Positions 7,862 through 17,667 of a stretch of DNA of 64,000 nucleotides are shown one piece after another; positions within the stretch are counted from its first letter, which is position 1, and each line of letters starts with the position of its first letter. Both the position numbers and the translations under genes were made by a program. Under the pieces are notes generated by a model. It was not told the origin of the DNA and did no database searches. It saw only the letters and a program-made list of their open reading frames with translations. Location of the stretch: IMG/VR virus record IMGVR_UViG_3300027749_000069, positions 1 through 64,000 of that record; one strand, written 5' to 3'. This stretch comes from a virus. Lineage: Duplodnaviria > Caudoviricetes.

Positions 7862-9874
7862 TTATTTTTTAGAAATTAATAATTTTTCGTCTTTATATTT
7901 AAGATTTATTAATTTACCCTCAACAATATTACCTTTTAAAATTTCTTCGCTTAAAAAATCCTCACAAAGATTTTGAATAATTCTTTTAACCGGTCTCGCC
8001 CCGTACTCTTCTTGTGAATTTAATTCAAATACTCTATTGGTAACTGTTTTGTCAAAATTAACTTTATAACCTTTATCTTTTAATCTATTTGACAATCTAT
8101 CAATTTCAAGATCAATAATTTTTTTCAGTGTTTCTTCGTTCAGCGCATTAAATAAAATTATGTCATCAATACGATTTAAAAACTCAGGATTAAAATGTTG
8201 TTTCAACGCTTTTTGTATCATTGTTTTTCTAACCTCATATTTTTGAACTTCGCTTGATGATGTACTAAATCCAACACCACCACCAAATTCAGAAACACGT
8301 TTTGCTCCAATGTTAGATGTCATAATAACCAAACAATTTGTAAAATTAACTTTTCTACCAAATGAATCCGTCAAATGACCTTCATCTAAAATTTGTAATA
8401 ATATGTTAAACACGTCTTTATGTGCCTTCTCAATTTCATCAAATAAAATTACAGAGAAGGGGTTATTTTTAACTTTCTCGGTTAACTGACCTCCTTCATC
8501 ATACCCAACAAAACCTGGAGGAGAACCAATCAATTTTGATACGTTATGTCTATCCATATATTCACTCATATCAACACGAATGATTTTATCTTCATCACCA
8601 AACAAGTATTGTGCTAATGTTTTGGCAAGATAAGTTTTACCTACACCAGTTGAACCTAAGAATATGAATGAACCAATAGGTTTATTCGCGTCTTTAATAC
8701 CTACTCTATTTCTTCTGATTGACCTTGATATTGTAGAAATCGCTTCAGGTTGACCAATAACTTTTTCAGATAACAAATCCTCAAGTTGTAATAACTTTTG
8801 AGTTTCTTTTGCGTCAAGTTTACTAATTGGTACCCCTGTCATTTGAGAAATGATTTCATAAACATTATCAATAGTAATTGGTATCTTATTATCTTTTTGT
8901 TTTTCAGACCATTTATATTTCTCCTCTTCAAGTTTAGTAACTACTTTCTTTTCTTCGTCTCTCAATTTTGCCGCTTGTTCATAATTCTGACTTTTAACAA
9001 CTTGTATTTTTTTCTCTTTGATTTCATCAATTTGAAATTTTAATTTTTCAATTGATTCGGGAATTCTTGTTGATATTCTTTTTTCAGAACCCAATTCATC
9101 TAATACGTCAATTGCCTTATCGGGAAATTGTCTTTCGGTTATGTATCTTCCAGCTAACCTTACAATTACTTCAATTACACCATCCTCGTATGTTACTTTG
9201 TGAAAATCTTGATATGACGTTGTTAGGTTTTTTAAAATTTCAATTGTTTCTAACTCTGTTGGTTCCTTTAGGATTATTTTTTGAAATCTTCTAACGAGCG
9301 CACTGTCTTTTTCAATGTGTTTTTTAAATTCATCAAAAGTTGTTGCACCAATACATTGTATTTCACCTCTTGCTAATGCTGGTTTAAGAATATTTGCGGC
9401 ATCCATAGAACCACTCGCATTTCCTGCACCAACCATGGTATGAAGTTCATCAATAAAAACAATTACGTTCGGTGCTTCAACCAACTCATTTAAAATTGCC
9501 TTAATTCTTTCTTCAAATTGACCACGATATTTTGTTCCAGCAACAAGTGATGTTAAATCCAAAGACATAATTCTTTTATCTAAAAGATTTGTTGGACAAT
9601 CACCTTTGTGAATCATTAACGCAAGTTTCTCAACTAATGCAGATTTACCGACACCAGCGTCACCAACAATAACTGCGTTGTTTTTCTTTTTACGAGATAG
9701 AATTTGTGCAATTCTTTTTACTTCAACGTCCCTACCAACAATAGGGTCAATCTTACCTTCCTCGGCCATCTTAATAAGATCACGAGAGAAGTTATCTAAA
9801 ATTGGGGTGTTAGAACCTTTTCTAACTTTCTTTGGGTTTGTGGTTGGACCATCTTCAAAAAAATCTACTGACAT
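7862..9874 (-). CDS. ClpC-like Hsp100 AAA+ ATPase lacking the N-domain
   Basis: Two AAA modules (GDAGVGKS/FIDELH; GSTGVGKT/LFDEIEKAH), AGTKYRGQFEER, UVR-type middle domain, VGF loop; start reassigned to MSVDFF. Confidence 0.9.
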   Translation of the reverse strand: MSVDFFEDGPTTNPKKVRKGSNTPILDNFSRDLIKMAEEGKIDPIVGRDVEVKRIAQILSRKKKNNAVIVGDAGVGKSALVEKLALMIHKGDCPTNLLDKRIMSLDLTSLVAGTKYRGQFEERIKAILNELVEAPNVIVFIDELHTMVGAGNASGSMDAANILKPALARGEIQCIGATTFDEFKKHIEKDSALVRRFQKIILKEPTELETIEILKNLTTSYQDFHKVTYEDGVIEVIVRLAGRYITERQFPDKAIDVLDELGSEKRISTRIPESIEKLKFQIDEIKEKKIQVVKSQNYEQAAKLRDEEKKVVTKLEEEKYKWSEKQKDNKIPITIDNVYEIISQMTGVPISKLDAKETQKLLQLEDLLSEKVIGQPEAISTISRSIRRNRVGIKDANKPIGSFIFLGSTGVGKTYLAKTLAQYLFGDEDKIIRVDMSEYMDRHNVSKLIGSPPGFVGYDEGGQLTEKVKNNPFSVILFDEIEKAHKDVFNILLQILDEGHLTDSFGRKVNFTNCLVIMTSNIGAKRVSEFGGGVGFSTSSSEVQKYEVRKTMIQKALKQHFNPEFLNRIDDIILFNALNEETLKKIIDLEIDRLSNRLKDKGYKVNFDKTVTNRVFELNSQEEYGARPVKRIIQNLCEDFLSEEILKGNIVEGKLINLKYKDEKLLISKK

Positions 9875-9896
9875 ATGATATAAGTTTAATTCAATA

Positions 9897-9928
9897 CAAA
9901 CATAACACAAATAATACTAAAAAACAAA
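9897..9928 (-). promoter_or_regulatory. Bacteroidota primary-sigma promoter for the ClpC-like gene
   Basis: Minus strand TTTG (9928-9925), 20 nt, TATGTTTG (9904-9897). Confidence 0.6.
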
Positions 9929-9933
9929 CGTGA

Positions 9934-9975
9934 GACAAATTGTCAAAAAGTTTTTAAATATAATGACAAGTTGTC
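9934..9975. promoter_or_regulatory. paired palindromic operator-like sites GACAA-N-TTGTC
   Basis: Perfect copies at 9934-9944 and 9965-9975 between the divergent clpC-like and hsp20 genes. Confidence 0.6.
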
Positions 9976-10028
9976 TAAAAACATACGTTGGTAAAATATT
10001 TGTTATTAGAATAAAAAAACATATAACT

Positions 10029-10385
10029 ATGATTACATTATTTAAAGACCCATTTTTTACAGGATTAGATAACAACAGATTCTTATCTACACCTGAAACT
10101 AACATCACTAAAAACGAAACTGAATATAAAGTTTCAATAAGTGTCCCTGGTTTAACCAAAGAGGATATAAAAATTACCACAAAAGAAGGTGTACTAAAGA
10201 TTTCGTATGAAAAAACCGAAGGAGATAAAACACACCATTTTATCGGCGGATTCATCAAATCTTACACTATACCTGACGATGTGAGAGAAAAGGATATCTT
10301 AGGTAAAGTTGAGAACGGAATATTAGAATTGGTTTTACCTATTGACAGGAAAAAATCATTAGAAAGACAAATTTCTTTGAATTAA
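10029..10385 (+). CDS. small heat-shock protein (Hsp20/alpha-crystallin)
   Basis: VPGLTKEDIKI, FIKSYTIPDDV, ENGILELVLP; start reassigned to MITLFKDPFF. Confidence 0.92.
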   Translation: MITLFKDPFFTGLDNNRFLSTPETNITKNETEYKVSISVPGLTKEDIKITTKEGVLKISYEKTEGDKTHHFIGGFIKSYTIPDDVREKDILGKVENGILELVLPIDRKKSLERQISLN

Positions 10386-10436
10386 TTTTTTTTTATCAAT
10401 TTTATTTCTTAAATTAGTAATATAAAAATATACACC

Positions 10437-10688
10437 ATGTCAGTAAAAAAAGAAAAAATCAACGGAAAAATGATTTATGCCTCAATTAAATCAACTAGTC
10501 TTAAATCTGCGTCTTACGACACTTTAAAAGAAAACTTACGAGTTTTGTTCAACAGTGGAGTTGCTTATGAGTACCAAAATGTACCATCAACAACATTTAC
10601 TAAGTTTAGATTGGCTAAGTCACAAGGAAAGTTCTTTAATCAGAACATTTCAAACAACTTTACTTATAAAAAAGTAAAAAGTATCTAA
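10437..10688 (+). CDS. KTSC domain protein
   Basis: STSLKSASYD...LRVLFNSG..YEYQNVP...AKSQGKFFNQNI. Confidence 0.85.
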   Translation: MSVKKEKINGKMIYASIKSTSLKSASYDTLKENLRVLFNSGVAYEYQNVPSTTFTKFRLAKSQGKFFNQNISNNFTYKKVKSI

Positions 10689-10695
10689 TTAAATT

Positions 10696-10726
10696 TAAAC
10701 CCCTCTAAATGAGGGGTTTATTTTTT
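10696..10726 (+). terminator. intrinsic terminator
   Basis: TAAACCCCTC-taaat-GAGGGGTTTA then a T run. Confidence 0.75.
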
Positions 10727-10761
10727 GATATTTATTATCTATAATATATAAACAATATACT

Positions 10762-11007
10762 ATGGGTATCATATCAGAAAAAATTGAGGGTAAACTTATT
10801 ACAGTTACCATCCAATCATCCAACCTTAAAGAATCAACATACAATACAGAAACAGAGGACTTAACCGTCGTTTTTAACAACGGAAGTATTTATGTATACA
10901 ATAAAGTTCCTTGGCAGAAGTTCACCAAATTTAGGTTAGCTGAATCCCACGGAAAATACTTCAACGAGAATATCGCCAAAAGTCATAAGTATACAAAACA
11001 AGGATGA
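10762..11007 (+). CDS. KTSC domain protein (paralog)
   Basis: SSNLKESTYN...LTVVFNNGSIYVYNKVP...AESHGKYFNENI. Confidence 0.85.
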   Translation: MGIISEKIEGKLITVTIQSSNLKESTYNTETEDLTVVFNNGSIYVYNKVPWQKFTKFRLAESHGKYFNENIAKSHKYTKQG

Positions 11008-11762
11008 GTTTATTTGAAGAACTAATTGAAGATAAAAAGGGAGATAAGAAAATTATCAAATCTTTTAAATCTAAGGATACCTTATCTAATCAAATTTTTG
11101 AGGAAGATAAAGGTAAATTTATGATGCGTGATGATATTAAAATCGCATTATTAAAAATTTCAGATGACTTTATTGAATCCCTTGGAGTTGAATTTTTCAT
11201 ACATGATATTGTTTTAACTGGTTCATTGGCTAATTACAATTGGTCAAATTTTTCCGATGTTGACCTACATATTGTAATTGATTATAAAGAATCTAAATAC
11301 AATTCTGAAATTCTTAAAGAGTTTTTTGATGCTAAAAAGAACATTTGGAATGAAAAACACAATATTGTAATTAAAGGTTATGATGTTGAATTATACGTAC
11401 AGGACGTCAATGAAGAACATATCTCATCGGGGGTTTATTCAATCTTACATAACAAATGGATTATTGAACCAGAACAAAAGAATCCTAATATTGATGATAG
11501 AATGATTCTTCAAAAGGCGGAAGAATATATGAAGAAAATTGATAATATCATTGGGAAAGGAGAGAAGGGTATGGATGTATTAAATGATATTGAGAAAATC
11601 AGAACTAAGATTAAATCGTTTAGACAAAGTGGATTAGATTCAGGTGGGGAGTACTCATATGAGAATCTAACATTCAAATTATTGAGACGAAACGGATACA
11701 TAGGGAAATTATTAAAACTTAAAATAACACTAACAGATAAAAAATTGTCTGTAGAACAATAA
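11004..11762 (+). CDS. Pol-beta-superfamily nucleotidyltransferase
   Basis: LTGSLANYNWSNFSDVDLH (GS...DxD), third acidic residue in VELYVQD. Confidence 0.8.
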   Translation: MSLFEELIEDKKGDKKIIKSFKSKDTLSNQIFEEDKGKFMMRDDIKIALLKISDDFIESLGVEFFIHDIVLTGSLANYNWSNFSDVDLHIVIDYKESKYNSEILKEFFDAKKNIWNEKHNIVIKGYDVELYVQDVNEEHISSGVYSILHNKWIIEPEQKNPNIDDRMILQKAEEYMKKIDNIIGKGEKGMDVLNDIEKIRTKIKSFRQSGLDSGGEYSYENLTFKLLRRNGYIGKLLKLKITLTDKKLSVEQ

Positions 11763-11832
11763 CTATACCTATTTTTTTCTATATATCTATGTATTTATAG
11801 GATAAGAATAAGTATATCTAACAATTTATAAA

Positions 11833-12801
11833 ATGGCAGAATTAAAACCACTTGGTAGTGAAAAACTTAACTCAGACGAGAAATTAAAAAGAATTCTTGA
11901 GTTAACTTACTACAACAATAATAAGAAATCATCATCTATGAAGGCTGAATTAGTTCAGGAATCAAAAACAGGTGGTGTATATGGTATTGTGAGAGAGAAA
12001 GACGCATACTATGTTAAAAGAGGTTTAAATGAGCAATCACTTGATTACATCGGTGGAATGTTTATGAAAAACAAAAACAAATTTTCATCTTATGGTGATG
12101 CTTTTAAGAGGCTTGAGTTGTTAAAAGGTCAAGACGAATTACAAGAAGCAACAAAGTATGTTTTAAAACAAAACAAACCACAAGAAGAAATGCCAATGCC
12201 GGAACCATCTATGGATGCTCCTGAGGCACCGGTAGACGATATGTCAACTCAACCAGCTCCCGATGCTGCACCAACAGACGGTAGTTCAGTACCTTCAGAA
12301 ACACCTCCAACAGATGGTGGAGATGATATGGGAAAACGTTCAAGTTATATGGCTGAAGCTCAAAAATATGCAGGTAAATTGGGTCAAGAATTAAGAGATT
12401 TACATGATAGAATGGAAAGTGACGATATCAAATACATTTTAAACATGATTATTTCCGCAGTTGATTTAGATAAATTATCTGATGAAGATATTGAAGAAAT
12501 AGGTAAGAAATTCGAAAGAGAAGAAGGTGAAATGGGTTCAGAAGAACCAAGTGCAGAAGTTTCTTCTGAGGAACCGGCTGTAGAGCCTGAAGCTGAAATG
12601 AATGAATATGATGCTATGGGTTCATTAGACGAGTTTGTTAATACACCGATGGATACGGATGAAATTGATTTATCAAAATACTCAATTAAAGAAACAGGTG
12701 ATGAATATAGTGAAGATAATATTCAAGAACTTGATTTAGATGAAATCAAGAACGAAATTAACAGTAGTATTAGTCAAACTTTACACAAATATTTTAAATA
12801 A
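11833..12801 (+). CDS. acidic hypothetical protein, likely head-associated
   Basis: Late-type promoter; D/E/P-rich; several LxE sites. Confidence 0.6.
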   Translation: MAELKPLGSEKLNSDEKLKRILELTYYNNNKKSSSMKAELVQESKTGGVYGIVREKDAYYVKRGLNEQSLDYIGGMFMKNKNKFSSYGDAFKRLELLKGQDELQEATKYVLKQNKPQEEMPMPEPSMDAPEAPVDDMSTQPAPDAAPTDGSSVPSETPPTDGGDDMGKRSSYMAEAQKYAGKLGQELRDLHDRMESDDIKYILNMIISAVDLDKLSDEDIEEIGKKFEREEGEMGSEEPSAEVSSEEPAVEPEAEMNEYDAMGSLDEFVNTPMDTDEIDLSKYSIKETGDEYSEDNIQELDLDEIKNEINSSISQTLHKYFK

Positions 12802-13203
12802 ATGCATCTTATATATGTCAATGAAATCGGTTCGGATTACAAAGGTCAAAAACAGTACGAATTCGTATTCAGTGAAAGTACCGAAATTGACATGGGAGAT
12901 TGGTTTGCAATACCTGCATCGTCTATCTCAAGGTCTAAATCACCTGACGTCGAATATGTTGATGTAGTTGGATTATTGAAAGATACAGATTTACAATTAG
13001 AACTTATACAAAACTCCGATTTTTTCGGAGTTATTGATGCCGTAGATGGTGTAATATCATTGGCATGGGAAAAGTTCGATTTTGATAACGAATTTGAAAG
13101 ATTAACATTTAAATTCGGGGAACCAATTGAATCTGTCACAAAAAAATTAAAAAATAGGAATTATAGTTTATTAAACGAAGAAATTAAAATCAAAGAATTA
13201 TGA
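12802..13203 (+). CDS. hypothetical protein
   Basis: 133-aa ORF tightly coupled to both neighbours. Confidence 0.7.
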   Translation: MHLIYVNEIGSDYKGQKQYEFVFSESTEIDMGDWFAIPASSISRSKSPDVEYVDVVGLLKDTDLQLELIQNSDFFGVIDAVDGVISLAWEKFDFDNEFERLTFKFGEPIESVTKKLKNRNYSLLNEEIKIKEL

Positions 13204-14378
13204 AAAGAGACGTTATAGTTAGTCAGTTAATTAAAGAAGGATTTTCTGAAAAAACATTGGTTAGATTTAGTGATAAACAACTTTCAGATTTACATGAAAG
13301 AATTGTTATTGATGCTGACAAATTAAAAACAGATCAAAAATTAAAAGATTTGGCAAATGACCCAAATACTGAGGTTGAGGTTGAAGAGGAATTAAAAGGT
13401 GACCAAAAGAAAATAGATAAGAACGACAATGGTAAAATTGATGCTGATGACTTTGCAATTTTAAATAAAGAAAAGAAAGGTGAATCTAAAGAAGATGTAA
13501 ATGAGGCTGATATGGGTTTAACTGTAAAAGGTTTAAAATCAAGTAGTTCATCTGTATTTGGTGGATTACCTAAAAAACCAAGTTCTCCTAAAAAGAAATC
13601 TACTCCTAAGAAAAAGGAAGAAGGTGAAACTGAAGAGGGAGAAGTGGATGAATCATTAAACGGTCTTATGCTTGGTGTAATTAAAGATAAATTAAGTAAA
13701 GATTTAGGTAGAGAACCTGAGGACCATGAAATTGATAAAGCACATGAAGATTTTGTCAATAGTTGGAAGAAAAATAATGAATCAAAAGAAAAAAAGAAAA
13801 AAGGATATGTAGTTTCAAAACGACCTAGTCCAGATTTTAATGGTTACAATAAGAAAAAAGAAAAGAAAGAAGGTGAAGTAGAAGAGGGAGATTATCACAA
13901 TAAAAGAAGTGAAAAGGCATTAGAGAAATCTAAAGAAGATTTCCCACAACTTAAAAACATTAAAAAATGTGATGATTGTGGAAAGGTAGAATCTAAATGT
14001 AAGTGTAAAAAAGAAGATGTTAAAGAAGTAAAAAATTGGGTTAGAGGTTTGGTGGAGAACAAAGAATTTCATAGTTTTACGTCTAAAAACGAAATTATGG
14101 AACTTATCCAAACTAAACTTACCGAGTCAAATACGATGGTTCAACACGGACCTAAAGTTAAAAAAGGGCACAACGGTATTCCTGAGTTTATGTCTTATGA
14201 TGCTATTGTTGATGCGGAACCAAAAACTGCACCATCAAAACCAGCACCATCAACAAAACCTGGTACAAGACCAACTCCAACAAGAAGAGAAGACCCACGA
14301 AAAACTCCTTTTCAACCTGGACCGGGACCAAACCCAAAACCAAAGGCTAAAATCGCAGAAGAAAAAAAAGTTAAGTAA
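13200..14378 (+). CDS. charged low-complexity protein with an EF-hand-like loop
   Basis: DKNDNGKIDADDF; K/E-rich; Pro-rich C-terminus. Confidence 0.65.
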   Translation: MKRDVIVSQLIKEGFSEKTLVRFSDKQLSDLHERIVIDADKLKTDQKLKDLANDPNTEVEVEEELKGDQKKIDKNDNGKIDADDFAILNKEKKGESKEDVNEADMGLTVKGLKSSSSSVFGGLPKKPSSPKKKSTPKKKEEGETEEGEVDESLNGLMLGVIKDKLSKDLGREPEDHEIDKAHEDFVNSWKKNNESKEKKKKGYVVSKRPSPDFNGYNKKKEKKEGEVEEGDYHNKRSEKALEKSKEDFPQLKNIKKCDDCGKVESKCKCKKEDVKEVKNWVRGLVENKEFHSFTSKNEIMELIQTKLTESNTMVQHGPKVKKGHNGIPEFMSYDAIVDAEPKTAPSKPAPSTKPGTRPTPTRREDPRKTPFQPGPGPNPKPKAKIAEEKKVK

Positions 14379-14380
14379 TC

Positions 14381-15790
14381 ATGAGGATTTCTAAGAAAAA
14401 ACTCTTATCTTTAATCAAAGAAAATTTGAACGAAATGCCAATGGACTTTGATTCACAAGATAGACCTGACCAAGGAATACAAGATAAATTATCATCGGGA
14501 GAAACTCCGTTGAAGAAGGTACCTTTTCCTGAGACAGGTGATGAACCTAATAAGAACTTCCAAGAACTTTTAGCATCGGAAAGATACAAACAAGTTGTTG
14601 AAAAAATGAGACAATATACTGGTACCAATGCGACAGTAAGTGGTATGCAAGGTATGACTCCATTAATGCAACAAATGATGAGTGCTCACAATCAAATTTT
14701 ATCATTTGAACAAAATCATAGAGGAGAATTAGAATCATTAGCGGTAGATTTAGTTAAAAAAGAATTAGGTATACCAGATGGTTCAGTTCAATTTGATGCT
14801 AAAATCATTGGTATGGGTGAATTTAACCCTGAAGATTTTGGTCACGATGAAGAAGAGGGTGGTGAAGAAGAGGGTGGTGAAGAAGAGGGTGGTGAAGAAG
14901 AAATGAATTTTGGTAATGAAATTGAAATTGTTAATAATTTAGAAGAATTAAATTTAGAGAAAGCAAAAAGAAGATTTATTAACACAATTATACAAGGTGC
15001 TTCTAAGAGAGGTCACTATATGTATCATTATGTTGAAGATAGAGTTAGACAAATAATTGGTAATGATAGAATCATCGGATTGTACGGTATTATGATGTCA
15101 GTAAATGACACATTATATTGGCAATTACCTGATGAAACAATGAAAGCAATGGGACAATCAGGTGCAATTGCAGGTAGAGAAGATGTTGATAGACAAACAG
15201 ACCCACCGACAGTTAAAGCAAGAGCGGTAAACTTTCCAGTTTTAATACATGAATTAATTAAAGGAACATTAGAATTAGTTGCTTTACAAGGTAGAAAAAG
15301 AGATGAAGAAGGTAATGAAGAAGATTTTACAGATGTTGAAGATAGTGAAGATACATTAGAAAAGGAAATGTGGGACTTACGTTTAGGACCTGCAATTTGG
15401 GACAGAATTAGGTCTAAATTTCCTGAAGATGTATTAACGGATGAAACAAAATCAGTTATACAACTAATGGTTTTCCAACATATTTTTAAAAAACCAGCAA
15501 AAGAATTTTTAGTGTTTATGAAAGAAGTCGTTTCTAATTCTGAAAATGGGAACCGTTTAATGGAAACCTTAGTAAGAGCAATTGAAGAGGATATTAACAA
15601 TTACGATTACGAACAGACAATGGCCGAATTTGATGAGGATTTAAATAATGTTTCAGACGAAACCGATAATGACGAATTGAAAGATTTTATATCAGGAATA
15701 CCTGGTATTAGTTTATCTAATGATAATGATGAAGAGGACGACGATGATGACCTCTTTAAAGAGTTGGGTTTAGACAAACCTACGAAATAA
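14381..15790 (+). CDS. acidic hypothetical protein upstream of terminase
   Basis: 469-aa ORF; N-terminal MRISKKKLLSLIKENLNE. Confidence 0.7.
   Translation: MRISKKKLLSLIKENLNEMPMDFDSQDRPDQGIQDKLSSGETPLKKVPFPETGDEPNKNFQELLASERYKQVVEKMRQYTGTNATVSGMQGMTPLMQQMMSAHNQILSFEQNHRGELESLAVDLVKKELGIPDGSVQFDAKIIGMGEFNPEDFGHDEEEGGEEEGGEEEGGEEEMNFGNEIEIVNNLEELNLEKAKRRFINTIIQGASKRGHYMYHYVEDRVRQIIGNDRIIGLYGIMMSVNDTLYWQLPDETMKAMGQSGAIAGREDVDRQTDPPTVKARAVNFPVLIHELIKGTLELVALQGRKRDEEGNEEDFTDVEDSEDTLEKEMWDLRLGPAIWDRIRSKFPEDVLTDETKSVIQLMVFQHIFKKPAKEFLVFMKEVVSNSENGNRLMETLVRAIEEDINNYDYEQTMAEFDEDLNNVSDETDNDELKDFISGIPGISLSNDNDEEDDDDDLFKELGLDKPTK
14849..14901 (+). repeat. 15-bp tandem repeat (GAAGAAGAGGGTGGT) x3.5 encoding EEEGG
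   Basis: Perfect copies read directly. Confidence 0.9.
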
Positions 15791-15793
15791 TAC

Positions 15794-15823
15794 AAAGGTG
15801 GTTTACAATAACCACCTTTTTTT
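15794..15823 (+). terminator. intrinsic terminator
   Basis: AAAGGTGGTT-tacaat-AACCACCTTT plus T run. Confidence 0.8.
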
Positions 15824-15824
15824 G

Positions 15825-15832
15825 TATTTATA
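15825..15832 (+). promoter_or_regulatory. putative phage late promoter TATTTATA (one of about 24 gene-proximal copies)
   Basis: 5 nt before the terminase ATG; same motif precedes portal, protease, scaffold, sheath, tube and tape-measure genes. Confidence 0.65.
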
Positions 15833-15837
15833 CATAT

Positions 15838-17613
15838 ATGAATACCAGAGCAGAACAATTAATGGAGTATGCTAAGATTATTAAAGATACCCCATACGCC
15901 CTTAGAACATATCTTCAAACATTTGATAATACACAGAAGAAGTATGTTCCTATGGATTTGTTTGAGGACCAAATTCAATTAATTAACGATTACGAAAATT
16001 ACAACGAAAACATTACAAGAAAGTATAGACAAGCCGGTGTTACTACGGTAACAGCCGCTTGGTTATCCAAAAAATTACAATTAGCAAAACCAGATAATCC
16101 TGAGAGAGTTCTTCTTATTGCAAACAAACGTGATACCGCCGTGGAGATGGCCAATAAGGTTAGACATTTTATAGAACAATGGCCCGAATGGATTAATGTT
16201 GGGTTCTCACCTGATAAAAACTCAGAGAGTAGATTTAGATTAAATAATGGTTGTGAGGTTAAGGCGGTTGCAACATCCGCAGATGCCCTTCGTGGTTATA
16301 CACCTACCATACTTGTATTTGATGAGGCGGCATATATTGAAGCGGGAGATGATTTTTGGGCGGCATCTATGGCGTCCCTATCAACGGGTGGTAAGATTAT
16401 TCTTATCTCCACACCAAATGGTTATGACGCTATCTATTACGGTGTTTACGACCAAGCATTACGCGGAATCAATGATTTCCATATAACCGACTTAAGATGG
16501 TTTAAAGACCCTCGTTATACCAAAGATTTACGTTGGGTTAAGTGTCAGGACATCTGTCACTACATGTTGAATAGAGAACAATATAATGATGATGAAGTTG
16601 TTCTACACGATTTTGATATGAAAGAGTATAATAAACTAATTGAGGATGGTTATAAACCATTTTCATCTTGGTTTGAATCTATGTCTAAGAAATTTAAATA
16701 TGATAGACGTAAAATTGCTCAGGAGTTGGAATGTGATTTCTTAGGTTCAGGTGATGGGGTTATACCTACCGATATCCAAGAGAACATAGCAAAGAATATG
16801 ATTCGTATTCCTAAAGAAAAATACATGCAAGGTACTTTTTGGCAATGGAAAGAACCAATTGAAGGTCATCGTTATATTATGGGTGTAGATGTTAGTAGAG
16901 GGGATAGTGAGGACTTTTCGTCAATTAATATTATTGATTTTGACGATAGAGAACAAGTTGTTGAATATATTGGTAAAATACCTCCAGATGATTTGGCAAA
17001 TATTGCATACAAATGGGGTATCTTATATGATGCGTTTATTGTAATCGATATCACAGGTGGTATGGGAGTTGCAACATCTAGAAAGTTACAAGAAATGAAT
17101 TATAAAAGTTTATTCATTGACGGTATTAATACACAGAACATTTGGGAGTACAATAAAAAGGCTTTAGATAAAATACCAGGGATTAGCTTTAATAATAAAA
17201 GAACTCAAATCGTGGCCGCCTTTGAAGAACAACTTAGAAAAGGATTTTTAGTAAGGTCTAGTAGATTATTAAATGAACTTAATACCTTTGTTTATCTGAA
17301 CGGAAGACCTGACCATATGAAAGGAATGCACGATGACTCAATAATGAGTATGTCTATGGCATTATATGCTGGCGACATTTCATTCAGTCAATTACAGAAA
17401 AGTGATTCAAAAAATAAAGCAATGATAGATTCGTGGGTTATGTCTGAAAGAACTTACGAACCCGCTAAAACTCATTATTCTTATGGTTCATCTTTTGACC
17501 AAATAGGGGCTATGGGTATGGACACTAACGACATTTATCACAAAGACAACCCAACAAACGTACCTAAAGACGCATATAAAGAACATATGTGGTTATTTGG
17601 AAAGAGTAAATAA
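15838..17613 (+). CDS. terminase large subunit
   Basis: KYRQAGVTT Walker A variant, LVFDEAA Walker B, ISTPNG, QELECDF, nuclease GVDVSRG and HDD. Confidence 0.95.
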   Translation: MNTRAEQLMEYAKIIKDTPYALRTYLQTFDNTQKKYVPMDLFEDQIQLINDYENYNENITRKYRQAGVTTVTAAWLSKKLQLAKPDNPERVLLIANKRDTAVEMANKVRHFIEQWPEWINVGFSPDKNSESRFRLNNGCEVKAVATSADALRGYTPTILVFDEAAYIEAGDDFWAASMASLSTGGKIILISTPNGYDAIYYGVYDQALRGINDFHITDLRWFKDPRYTKDLRWVKCQDICHYMLNREQYNDDEVVLHDFDMKEYNKLIEDGYKPFSSWFESMSKKFKYDRRKIAQELECDFLGSGDGVIPTDIQENIAKNMIRIPKEKYMQGTFWQWKEPIEGHRYIMGVDVSRGDSEDFSSINIIDFDDREQVVEYIGKIPPDDLANIAYKWGILYDAFIVIDITGGMGVATSRKLQEMNYKSLFIDGINTQNIWEYNKKALDKIPGISFNNKRTQIVAAFEEQLRKGFLVRSSRLLNELNTFVYLNGRPDHMKGMHDDSIMSMSMALYAGDISFSQLQKSDSKNKAMIDSWVMSERTYEPAKTHYSYGSSFDQIGAMGMDTNDIYHKDNPTNVPKDAYKEHMWLFGKSK

Positions 17614-17667
17614 TATTCCAAATACCAAATATTTAGTTTATATTATAAAGAAAAGTATTTATATAGA

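Noticed and set aside
15028-15600. Long antisense ORFs opposite core genes (also 13334..13759, 21795..22175, 58284..58847)
   Set aside because: Ser/Phe/Leu-rich mirror translations of Glu/Lys-rich sense genes
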